64,000 nt of DNA, taken from assembly GCF_009914755.1 (NCBI RefSeq), contig NC_060932.1, one strand, 5' to 3'. Position 1 is the first letter of the stretch. Every line of letters begins with the position of its first letter. The position numbers were made by a program, and so were the translations under genes. Below, one piece after another: positions 43,988 through 64,000 of this stretch. The notes below the pieces were generated by a model, which was given only the letters and a program-made list of their open reading frames with translations, was not told where the DNA came from and searched no databases. The DNA comes from the human T2T-CHM13v2.0 reference genome, Homo sapiens.

Positions 43988-45178
43988 TCATAGCATAGGG
44001 ATTCTAGAGGACTTAATAGTAAAAGAAGCAGTAGGAAGATCTCAGAGGAGAGGATGAGACTAGAAGGATTCAGTTGGTCAGTGCAACTTATGTCTCACGT
44101 TGTGTCTGAGGATGACAAGAGGTGATGCATTGTGGGTAAAGCTGACTATATGGTTATTAAAAGAAAAAAAAAAGTCCAAGAAGTCCTAGTAAATGGAAAA
44201 ATTTAGGTCTCCCTGGATGAAGTCAGCCATAGCCTGGGTTGATTGTTCTGCTGAAGAGAGCTTAGTCAGGTGGAGAGTGTGGTAAAGGGATAGCCATTAC
44301 CCCCAAGGCTTCAATACAAGTGGAAAATGCAACAGCTTTAATCCTAAGATTCTTCCTAGATTCACAATATGTGTGTGCCCTGGTCCCAACCCCTCCCTAC
44401 TCCCCTCATTTGCCCCCAGGCTTCGTGAAAGTGATAGCAGAATCAGCCATGCTGATTCCTCAGCCCAGTGCACTGGATGGAAGTTAATGCCCAAAACTGA
44501 TTTATCTTCCTTGAGGCTGGGAAAAGGGATGAGTTGGGAAAGCGAACAACTAGAGGTGTTTATGAAGGAGGAACATCTGGGATGCCCGTGGTGGTAACGT
44601 GGAGTGCTGCAAAGAGGACTATAGAGAAGGAAGGCAAAATGCTGTTTAGAATCCACAAACGTGGAATCAGTGCATCTCATTTGCTGGCTCTTACCATAAA
44701 ATGAGCATCAGTATCCCTGCCCTGAGCTTGGGTAGCTTATCAGAGAAGATCGCTGACACTTTTGGAGCCCATCTGAATAGCTCCCTCTGAAGCCATCCAA
44801 CTTGACCATGATCTGGACTTCCTACTAGACCAGTATTTTGCCTTTGCCTGATCTTTCAACTTCAGCTTCTGCATTTTCTTCTAATTAGCCCTTTCTTACC
44901 CCACCAGCACTGCCAAAATGGAGACTTCCTGTCCCAGTCTCAGACCTTGTGGAATTCACACCTCCCCTTTCCATCACCACCTCCCAACCCTGCCACAATA
45001 TGGACTACCTGTTGTTACGTTGAGAAGATTAAGACTACACAGGCAGTTAGTTTAGGGAACACCTTCTACAGTTGGTGAAATCTATTTTTAAGATCATGAA
45101 ATGTCATACTACTGCCATATATACTAATTTCCTCCTCCTCCTTTCTCTAAAACTGTCACTCAAGATAAAAGTCAGCTG

Positions 45179-45520
<342 letters not shown>

Positions 45521-45685
45521 TTATTTTGGGGAATGACAGAAGACAGACCCAGGCAGTGTTTTTTCCCTGCATTCATCCTTTTTTCCTTTTTCTTTATTTC
45601 CCATTTATTTTATTTAAGTGTGATTTAGTTTGTACAACATTTATAAGAGGAATGGAAAATAGACAAGAAGTGATGATAGCAAGTA

Positions 45686-45783
45686 TTAGGTTGGTGCAAA
45701 AGTAATTGCGGTTTTTGTCATTAATGAAACGTAAAGTAATTAAAGTAATGACAAAAACCGCGATTACTTTTGCACCAACCTAA
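45686..45783. mobile_element. MADE1 (Hsmar1 mariner MITE), miR-548-like hairpin
   Basis: 38-bp inverted arms ttaggttggtgcaaaagtaattgcggtttttgtcatta / taatgacaaaaaccgcgattacttttgcaccaacctaa; TA TSD on both sides. Confidence 0.95.
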
Positions 45784-48379
45784 TAGCTTTGGAAATGGAA
45801 CAACGAAGGATCACAAGTTTGGCTTCAAGTTTTCTGTGGTACACTTGCCACAAAAAGCAGGGGGCAGAGGAAACTTTTGGAGGCGATGGATATGTTTATC
45901 ATTTTGATTGTGATGATATCATGGGTGTATATGTATACCCAAGCTCATCAAATTGTACACATGAAATACATGTGGGGTTTTTCTGTCTATCAATTTATAC
46001 TTTGATAAAGCTATTAAAAAGAAAAAGGCAGAAATGAGCTCAAATTTTAAACTGTCTTTATTCTTTCATTGAACAAGCATTTATGAAGGGCCCGCCATGT
46101 GCCAGCTCTGTGCGAGATATTGATGTGACTCTGGGAAGGCAAGCATTGTCCCCAACCCTGCACATCTATCAGGGAAAGCAGAAGCAATTGCCATCACGTG
46201 CTAGGACAGGGAAGTTTGGCACCATGGAAACGTGTAGCAGGGGCAATCCTGGTGTGGGGGTGGGTCAGGATTGTAATTCCCAAATTGGAGACTGACTCAC
46301 ACAGCTATCAGTGACAGGCAGAACAACCTCCACAGACTTCAGCCAGAGGGGGGAATTAGCCATTTTCTTTTATATCACCGTTTTATTCACACATCAGCAT
46401 CCCCTCATTCCCATCCACTTATTCCTGAAAGCAGGCCCTTTTTGAGGCTCCAAACATAGTAATTAAACAAAGGGGATTCTAGAAGGTGGACAAAGCATTA
46501 GAGACAGCTTCATTGTATATAAATGCCAAATTTTCTGCATCAGTAAGGTTGCAGCTGTGACAAGAATTAGGCTGCTTTCTAGGTCATATATTTTCTAAAG
46601 CACTAGGCAAAAAAAATATTAACACATGAGGGGAAAAGAAATAAATAGACTCAATTGTTTTAAAACCTTATGAGTAGACCATTTTTTAATAATACAATGA
46701 ATACTGCTTATTGAATAAACAAAGAAATTATTTGTTAATATAAAATAGAGCCACATTCTCTGGTTAAATCGTGAATGTGTAAAAAATTAAGTTCTCAATT
46801 TAATCTGTTCTGCACAAGATTCTGAATGAAAGATTAATTGGATATAATGACACTGATATTATTTTCTGTATAATAATAATTCTATACATGTTTGGCAATT
46901 TATAGTTGTAATTCTATGAATCTGAATTTTTAAAAGTTAACTACAAATAAACAGTCTCTGTAAATGAGATATATGGGGTAGGAGACTGCTTACATGGGTA
47001 TGGCTAAAGCATAAATTTGAAATAATATCTGATTCATATCAGAATTTATCAGCCTGGGCTGGATAATGTTTAGTCACAGATGAGACACAGATAAGAAAAT
47101 TAACACCAGATTGGTAATTAAAAGTGCTTCCTGGGTATGAATGACACCTCTGAATGCAGCATGAAATAATTCCTTTTGTATTCTGCTCCACGTTTTCTTT
47201 CATCTTGTGTTTGGACATTAGCCACAGAGGGATTGATGTTTACCGCAAAGAGCCTGGAGTCAGAAGATCTATATTCTGGTCTCAATGCTGCTAGAAGTTA
47301 ACTGTTAGATTTTTAGAAAAAATAAGTTCTAATCCTCTGTTCAGCTTGCACATCTGCAAAATGAAGATACTTTTTAAAGCAAAATTGAGAAAGAAATAGA
47401 ACAAAATTATGCATGCAAAAATGCGGTGAAAATTTTTAGTTAATGCAAATATAAAATATCCAAATAGTCTATGCACAAATATATTTATATATCATAACAA
47501 TGGAAACTAAATTATAATTGAAGGGATATCAAAAATAGAATTATAGTATTGAAACAAATAAAAGCCAACAAGATTGAATATGTGTGTTTGTGCACGTATG
47601 TTTTAAGTGGTGAGATACTTCTAGATATTATGTTGTTAACATATTACCAAATTGTTTAACTCATATATGCGTATAGTTTTTGGTAATATGAAACTGTGCA
47701 TAGAAGGAGATGATCAGTAATTTATTTGGCTGTCTAGTACATGTTGAGTCACTTCTCCATATAAAAAATTAATAAAGAAGGCTAATAAATGGGCTCCTCA
47801 CGTGAGGGCTAAAGACAAAGACAGATGCAGACGCTTTGTTCCTGAAACCTCTAGCTTGGAATATGTTATAGTCCTGAGACAAAGCCATTCACAATTAATT
47901 CCAATGGTAAATCTCAGTTGAGCCTCGGGGGTGTGAAGGGGGACTGATACAGCATAGTCGGTTTGCCATAAATATGCCTAAATCTATAAAAGATTCATCA
48001 CATTAAAAGAGGTTTTTTCTGAACACTATGCTCATTTATCAGATTATTTGGAGATTATTTAGTATGATAAAATACAGAAAATACCTCACTACATTTGTAA
48101 AATCTTTTCAGAAATCAATTTCTAAGTTTTTAACAAAAATGTCATGATAAGACTTCTAGTACTATAAGATGTCATAGACCTTCTGGTATAGGCACAGCAG
48201 TCTGAACAAACACCGAAATAAGAGGGGCACCTTAAAATCTCTAGTCAAACGGACTGGTAGAAACCTTCTATGCAATCTCAGTCTACTAAGAAGTAGGTTT
48301 CTACCTAATGTAAAAAAACCAATACTGAAAATCAAGGAAAAGAAAGAAATAGGAACAAAACAAACAAACAATAAGACAA

Positions 48380-50800
48380 ACAAACAAAACAAACAGTAAC
48401 AAGATAAATCTCCAAAAACATACTTGAATGAAGTGGAGTTTTGTGATTTACCTGACAGAAAATTCTAAATAATGGCCATAAGGTTACTCATAGATGTCAA
48501 GACAGCAATCCAAGAACAAGCTGAGAACTTCAACAAAGATACAGTATAAAAAAGTATCACATGGAAATCATAGATCTGAAGAATGCTATAACTGAATTAA
48601 AAAATTCAATAGCGGGGTTCAATAACAAACTAGAACAATCAGGGGGAAAAATTGTGAACCTGAAGACAGATCACTGGAAATCATTCAGTCTGAGAAGCAA
48701 AAACAAAAAAGAATAAAAAGAGGTAATTATAGATGAAGAGACCAATGGGACACCATTAAGCAGAACAAATTATGCATTATTGGTGTGCCACAGGGAAAAG
48801 AAACAGAGAAAGGGATATAAAACATAATCAAGGAAATGACGGCAGAACACTTCCGAAGTCTCAGGAAGACATTAGAAAGCCAGATCCCGGAAACCCATAA
48901 GACATAAAAGATGACAAATCCAAAGAGACACCATGATACATCATAGTTAAATTGTCAAAAATTAAAGATTAAATGAAAGAAATCAAGGAGCTAAATGGAA
49001 AAACATACCGAGTTTAAGACTCAACATAGTAAAGATGTCAGTTCTGGCCAAATTCTCTATATGCTTAATGCAATTTCTATCAAAATCCCAGCAAAGTTTT
49101 CGTTGCGAAAGACAAGCTTACTCTAGAATTTATATGAAAAGTTTGAGACCCTACGATAGCTAAAGTAATCTTGACAAACAAGAATAAAATATAGGAATTA
49201 CTCTGCTGATTATTAACATGTAACTGTATGGCTAGAGTAATCGAGACAATCAAGACACCATAGTATTGGCAAAGGGGCAGACACATAGATCAGTGGAAAA
49301 GAAAAAAAAAATCCAGGATCCAGACTCATACAGATATGCTCACCTAATTTTTGACATAGATCCAAAGCAGTTCAATGGAGAAAGGATAGCTTTTTCAACA
49401 AATGGCATTGGAACAACTGACCATCCAAAGGCAAACAACATGAACTTCAACCTAAACGTCACACATCGTACAAATATTCACTCAAAATGGATCAGGGACA
49501 AAATGTAAAATGTACAGTTTTAAAGCTCTTGGGAAAAAGTAGAAGACAGGACCTACAATTACCCAAAAAGCCTTCGACTTGACAAAAAAAGCACGATCCA
49601 TAAGAGAAAAAGTTGACAAATTTTACTTAATCAAAATTTAACTTGCTGTGCAAAAGCTCAGTGAAGAGGACGAAAAGACTAGCTACATCCTAGGAGAAAA
49701 TATTTGCAAACGATTCCAAAAAAGGACAAGTATTTAGAATATATTTCTAAAACTTTCAAAACCAACAGTAAAAAGAAAAATCAATCCAATTGGAAAGTGG
49801 CCAAAGCACATGAACACTAAAGAGGATATACAGTTGGTGAACATGCACATAACATAATGTCCAACATCACTACTCATCAAGGAAATGCAACTTTAGACTA
49901 TAACTAGGTGTCATTACATACTTATCAGAAGGGTTTGAGTAAAAAAATAGTGATATCAAATGCTGGTGAGAATGTGGAAAAGACGGATCACTTATACATT
50001 GCTGATGGAAATATATTATGTAAAAATGGAACAGTTACAGAAAACAGTTTGGCAGTTTCTTACAAGACTGAAAATGAAATTACCGTATTACGCAGCAATG
50101 GCAGTCTTGGAACTTTTATCCCAGAGAAATGAAAATGTAAGTTTACACAAAACCTGTTTACATAAATGTTCATAGCAGCTTATTCATAATCACCAAAAAC
50201 TGGAATCAGTCCAGATGTACTTCAGTAAATAACTGTTAAAAAAAACACACTGTGGTATATCCATACCATAAAATACTACTCAACAATAAACAGAATGAAC
50301 TATTGAGATACATGGCCACTTACAAAATCTCCAGGGTATTATGCTGAGGGAAAGCCTATCCAAAAAGGTAAAATACTGTGTGATTCCATTTATATAACAT
50401 TTTTGAAATGATGACATTTTAGAAATGGAGAATGGATTACTGGTTTCTAAGCATACGGGACCAGGAGTGGGTGTTGGCAGAAGGGAGGTGGATGTTGTCA
50501 AAAAAGAGCAGGGTGAGGAATCCTCTTGGTGATGGTTTACTATTTTGACTGTGGTTGTGAATACACAAAACTAAATTTATGGTAAAACTGTATAGAATAC
50601 ACATATGCACAAATAAGTGCAAGTTAAACTAGGGAAACCTAAATAAGATCAGCAAATTGTGTCAAAGTCAATATCCTGGTGGTGATATGGGTTTGCAAAA
50701 TGTTACCATTGCAGAAACTGGATAAAGTGTGATTTTTGTGTGATTTCTTCCCATTCTGGTGATCTACAGTTTCTCAATAAAAAATTCAATTAAAAATAAA
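48380..50800 (+). mobile_element. Old L1M: ORF1 remnant (to about 48970) joined to an ORF2 C-terminal region and 3'UTR (L1MB/MC)
   Basis: gatttacctgacagaaaatt...gaagacagatcactggaaatcattcagtc (ORF1); aacatagtaaagatgtcagttct...aaatgttcatagcagcttattcataat (ORF2/3'UTR). Confidence 0.8.
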
Positions 50801-50901
50801 AGTGCTTATTAAAATATGGTAGATATTTTGGGAGAATATAAATAAAATTAAAAGGTTGTCTGCCATCTGCTAGCTTAAGTCTTTAGAAACAAGTGTTTGT
50901 G

Positions 50902-51210
<309 letters not shown>

Positions 51211-51706
51211 TTATGAATTAAATTTAAACAAATTCAACATTTAATATGCCCCAAATTGCACTAGGTAACAAAGGAGTATTATTTCTGCCCTGAAGGAGGT
51301 CCTCTCCACCAATGATTCTGTCCTTTGTGTCTTTATGCTTTCTTATTAAACTTTTCAAACAGTTGTCTGCTCTTGGATCATCCTATACCCTTGTGTGTTC
51401 AGTCCTCCACTCACTTCCAATAGACTTCTACTCTCTCCATTCTTCTGAAATATCTCTGGTAGAAATAACCATGGTGACCTTCTAATAGCCAAATCTGAAG
51501 ATATAATGATGTTATGTGAAAAAGCCTGGAATATTTATGAAAGCATTTTCCTGAAGAAATTATGGGCACTTTTTATATGTCCTAATTTTTGCTTCGTCCC
51601 CAACTTTATAACAAGCAAAGAAAGAGGATGAAGTGTTGGAAGGAGAAGGAGGAGGAGAAAATTATCCATAATATACGTATGCATAAGCTTTTTCAAATTC
51701 AGATAG

Positions 51707-52067
<361 letters not shown>

Positions 52068-52929
52068 TGTAACCTGTCTTCTTACGTATCAATATGTCAT
52101 TATGTCCTTTCCTTTTCCATAAATATTTTCTGCAGTATCATTTGTAATAGCTGTCTAACCCATTAATTTACTTTAGCATAATTAAATCAGCCAATCCCCA
52201 TTTATTTCACATTCAGGTTGTTTATTATTTGTAGCTATAGTAAATACCTTTTAGCTAAATCTTTGGCACATATAGTTATTTTCCTGTATACCATTTTTAT
52301 GGCTTTCATTACTTATTTTCGATGTTATCAAAAGATGGTGAGAGAGCCTGTTTCCTTAAAACTGTGCCAACCTTGAACTTATAACTAAAGAAGAAAACCT
52401 TTGCTAATTTAAAAGTAAAACAAGGTTCTCACCATGTCTTTAGTTCACATTTACTTGTTTGCAAGGTGAAACAGATTTTTTTAAAAATACGCTTTTTGGC
52501 CAACACAGCTTTTTGTGTGTCTGCTCTTTCATTGGAGCCTTCTACTCTTTCTTAAAGCATTACAGGAGATGTTTTTATTTTAAAAATACTAATATTCTCA
52601 TATATGTTGCAGATATTTTTCCCAGTTTTCTCTTTAAGTCTTGTTCATTATGGGTTTTGAAATATAGAATTTTTAAAAAATTGTTGTCAAAACTAAATAA
52701 CAGATGTTTCATCTGGTGGAATTACAGGTGATTTTTTGGCTTGATTTTTATTCTCATTTTTCTAAAAAGAATACCCCTCTTCTCACATATTATGAAAAAA
52801 ATCACAATGAGAATATCATATATGAAAAATTAAATGCTGTGGATAAGTTGTATTCAGAAAAAAACTTGACAACTTTTTCTACTTTTCTAATTAAACATGA
52901 ACTAATAAATGCAAGTTAATTGGGCATTC

Positions 52930-54350
<1,421 letters not shown>

Positions 54351-54364
54351 AAAGTATACTGCAA

Positions 54365-54661
54365 TCCAAGTAAGTTATTTTGTGGATATCAACAAACTTA
54401 TCCTAAAGTTTTAATGGAAAAGCAAAAGACAGAAAAACCAACCCAATACTGAAAAAGAACAAAGTCAGAGGACTGATACTACTGGAATTCAAAACTTACT
54501 GTACGTCTATAATAATGAAGACAGTGTGGTCTTAGTGAAAGGACAGACTAAGAGATCAATGAAACAGAGGAGAGAGTCTGGAAATAAACCCACACAAATA
54601 TAATCAACTGGTCTTTGATTAAGGAGCAAAAGTAATTCAATGGGGAAAGAGTAGTCTTTTC
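54365..54661 (+). mobile_element. Old L1M(B) ORF2, left part; continues at 62198
   Basis: ...gcaaaagtaattcaatggggaaagagtagtcttttc | tgttagaacaactggacagccacatgcaaaaa... is contiguous L1 ORF2 consensus. Confidence 0.8.
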
Positions 54662-54676
54662 TTGTGTGCAGTTCAA

Positions 54677-60810
<6,134 letters not shown>

Positions 60811-60814
60811 AAGC

Positions 60815-62197
60815 CAATTTTTTATTTTAATGTAATCAGAATATGCACAGCACATGCAGTTCTAGCATCTAAGCTAATACAATAAGCAATTACTAAAGCC
60901 ACAGTGACTTGAGGTTCAATCTTTACATTCAGCAAGTTTAAATTCTTACATGATTTTTGAAACCTTATTAACTGAAAATATTGCTTGCTGATAAAAACTT
61001 GCTCAAATGCTGTTGCTGAAGGTACAAGTCACTAATTATGCCAATACAACAAGATAACCACGTTTGAGGATTGCAATGTGCCAGACATTCACTGAAAAAA
61101 AAAAATCACAACTAAACAAAATTCACACAACAAACATCTGAGAATCTGGACACTTCACATCAGTGTTTTGAAATGTTTCATTAACATCTTAAGACAAGTG
61201 TATCAAAACCTTGGCATGATTTAATTTCAAGTCACCAATTATGTTTTTACTAACATCAGAAAGTTATGGCTACACTGCCAAGGCCGGGTCTGCTTAATTT
61301 GACTTAAGAGTTTAATATGACTTAACATTAAAAGCTCACACTACCCCGAAATATATAATTTCACGCATATGGTGACATTCAACATTCAAGTGCCAGTGTT
61401 TTTATACTGTGTTTTGGTCAAGTTTCTTTAAACTTTCAAAGAATCACTTTTAGGCTTACAAAAATAAATAATTGCCAAAATGTTCAAAAATTATTACATA
61501 AAACTAGCAGCAAAAATTATCTAGAAATCTGTCATGTGCAAATAGTTTTCTTCCCAACTATCATTCCCATGGTCCCAGATAAATTTTAGAATCTAGTCCC
61601 ATCCCCTTCCTAGAAAAGCTGTGTTAAACAATCTCCAAGAGACAAAGTAAGATTGGAAGTTTAAGGACACGCACACAAGACATATATATAAAATTCTCTG
61701 AATGTGCAATAAAAGAAGTACTTTGTAAAAAGTTTTGGGCAAAATGTACAAGGGCTTAAACTTAGACTAACTGAAATAGCACCATAACAAATGACCTCAA
61801 TACTGTCAAGTGCACCTACTTAATAAAAGTTTTAGAACAAGGCACAATACACTTGAAAATCTATTGCACTTTAGGAAATTTTTGCCGTCTTCCTATGCCA
61901 CTGTAAAAAGATGGAGCATTTTGATCACTTCATTCTGGCCACAAAATTAGCACAGAATTCAAAGTGGCAGAGGCATTTTAGTGGTGGACAATGCTCACCT
62001 TTGGCCAGATTTAGCATAAACAGACTATAAATACAATGGAAACCTATGCAACTAAAACTGCACTGTAGAGCAGAATTGACACCTTATGCAATTATGTACA
62101 TATTTCCAACCTGTGTGATCTCAAAGATTTCAGTTTGTTACTCTTCTGGAGTCATTTTTACAAAGTGTATAGTAAGCCAGTTTAACATCTCAATGCA
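60815..62197 (-). pseudogene. DDX3X: 5'-truncated processed retrocopy of the distal DDX3X-type 3'UTR (3' tip stranded at about 54658-54682)
   Basis: Minus strand matches the recalled DDX3X 3'UTR over 1.4 kb (ttgagatgttaaactggcttactata...ggaagacggcaaaaatttcctaaagtgcaatagattttcaagtg...atatatttcggggtagtgtgagc...gcatgtgctgtgcatattctg...aaaataaaaaattg). The terminal ttgaactgcaca lies on the far side of the L1. DDX3Y is not excluded. Confidence 0.8.
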
Positions 62198-63660
62198 TGT
62201 TAGAACAACTGGACAGCCACATGCAAAAACAAGGAAACAAACCACAAATCTAGACACCCTACAACTTTCACAAAAATTAACTTAAATGATAGGTTATATA
62301 TCTAATTGTAAAATGAAAGCCTATAAAGTTCTAGAAGATAACATAGAAGACAATCTAGGTGACTTTGGTTTTGGCAACGAGTTTTGAGATAAACACTGCA
62401 GTAAATTCAATAATTCGGCTGTTGATTAAGGAAGAGGCAGGAACAGGAGAAGCAGTAACATGCAACAAGCTTTACTGAGCAGCTCTTAAGCAGAATTGCA
62501 TGGGAGGAGAAGCTCCTCCCAGCAAGAGACTTCTCAGAGAAGACAAACACTATTAAAAAGGGCACCATCCAGAAAGGGAATAGGGCAAGGAACTCACTGG
62601 AAGAAAAAGGGGATATTTAAGAGGGGGATATGTTTCTAGGCCATGTCCTGTAGCAATAAGGTGGGGAGTTTTGAGTAAGAGAGCTCCAAAAAACAGCAGT
62701 GGTTTATAGTATTTTATACCTACAAGGTAGGTCTTAATTACGGTTAGCAGATGTTGAATGCAGTTTTACGGGGTATGCAAAGTAGACAGACTTTTTGAAA
62801 ATATGTTTATTTTGACTATATTTAAAGCAACTGGATGTGTAAGAATTTGAGCTTAGTGCCTGTGGGATTTCAGCTAACAATCCTAGGCTGATATGAAGAG
62901 ATAACAACTTGGGGGTGTTTAAAGTCAGTAAACAGTGGCCATCTTTAGTTTGTTTATATAAGAAACAGTACAAGTACACTCAATGAAAGAAAAATTGGTA
63001 ATTTTTATTTTAAAATTATTTTAAAATTTTAAAATTTTTTATTTTATTTTTATTTTAAAATTAAAATTTCTGCTCTGCAAAAGGCACTGTGAAGAGAATG
63101 AAAAGCCACAACCTGGAGGCTTGGAGAAAATATTTGCAAAACACATATCTGATAAATAACTTGTATCCAAAATAGGTAAAAACAAAACAACTCTTAAAAC
63201 TCAACATAAGAAAACAAAAAACCCAATTTCAAAATAGGCAAATGATCTAAACAGACACATAACCAAATAATATACATAAATGGCAACTAAGCGTATGTGA
63301 AAAGCTATTCAGTAGCATATGTCAATAGGAAATTGCAAATTAAAATGATGAGATACCACTGCGCATGTGTTAGAATGGCTAAAACCCAAAACACTGACAA
63401 CACCCAATGCTGATGAGGATGTGGAGCAACAGGAACTCCTAGTCATTGCTGGTGAAAATGAAAAATAGCAGAGTCACTTTGAAAGACACTGTGGCAGTTT
63501 CTTACAAAGCTAAACATAGTCTTACCATACAGTCCAGCAATTGTGCTCCTTGATACGTAACCAAATAAGCTGAAAACTTTTGTCTTCACAAAGACCTGTG
63601 CACAGTATTTATAACAGCTTTTATTCATAATTGCCAAGACTTAGAAGCAAGCAGAGTACC
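62198..63660 (+). mobile_element. Old L1M(B) ORF2 3' part, interrupted by an LTR-like insert at about 62396-62972
   Basis: ctagaagataacatagaagacaatctaggtgac...ggagaaaatatttgcaaaacacatatctgataa...acagcttttattcataattgccaagac. Confidence 0.8.
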
Positions 63661-63661
63661 T

Positions 63662-64000
63662 TTAAATTTTTTTTATTTTGAATTTTTATGGAGATGTAAT
63701 ACTTGTACATATTTATGGGATACATGTACTATTTTAAAACATGCACACAATATCTAATTATCAAATCTGGTAATATCTAATGCCTCAAATATATATCATT
63801 TCTTTATGTTGGGAATGTACCAAATTTACTCATAATTATTTTAAAACACACAATAAATTATTGTTAACTGTAGTTGACCTACTGTGCTATAGGACACTAG
63901 AATTTATTCCTCGTATCTCCCTGTAATTTTATACCTATTATATCTCTCTGCCCACTAAGCTTCTCAGCCTCTGGTAACAGCCATTCTTTTCACTACCTTC
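63662..64000 (-). mobile_element. L1MA/PB 3' end
   Basis: tgtacatatttatgggatacatgt...ataaattattgttaactgtagt...cagcctctggtaacagccattct. Confidence 0.8.

Noticed and set aside
60815-62197. PTP4A1 3'UTR as the parent of the retrocopy
   Set aside because: First guess from the miRNA sites; the recalled sequence fits DDX3X, not PTP4A1.
63000-63070. AT-rich quasi-palindrome
   Set aside because: Low-complexity slippage inside an old L1.

Overview
Primate (human or great-ape) repeat-rich non-coding DNA, with no multi-exon host gene recognisable. Most of it is ordinary Alu, L1, L2, MIR, MaLR and DNA-transposon debris, plus a decayed ERVL provirus (0.2-4.2 kb). Four structures stand out. (1) A 3.36-kb L1-mediated retrocopy (7304-10666, 14-bp TSD, poly(A)) of an alternative SPTLC1 mRNA: exons 1-3 are spliced to an exonised antisense Alu. 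On the opposite strand it carries an intact 416-codon NPAP1/UPF0607-family ORF, its upstream region, and an SVA2-derived poly(A) signal. (2) A three-layer nest at 54.4-62.4 kb: an old L1M contains a DDX3X-type 3'UTR-only retrocopy, which contains a full-length L1PA4-like element whose antisense promoter points into the retrocopy. (3) A 145-bp locally templated inverted duplication flanked by a direct repeat (10908-11719). (4) A near-perfect MADE1/miR-548-like hairpin (45686-45783). Gene and repeat family names come from recall of consensus sequences, not from searches. Repeat boundaries without a TSD are approximate.
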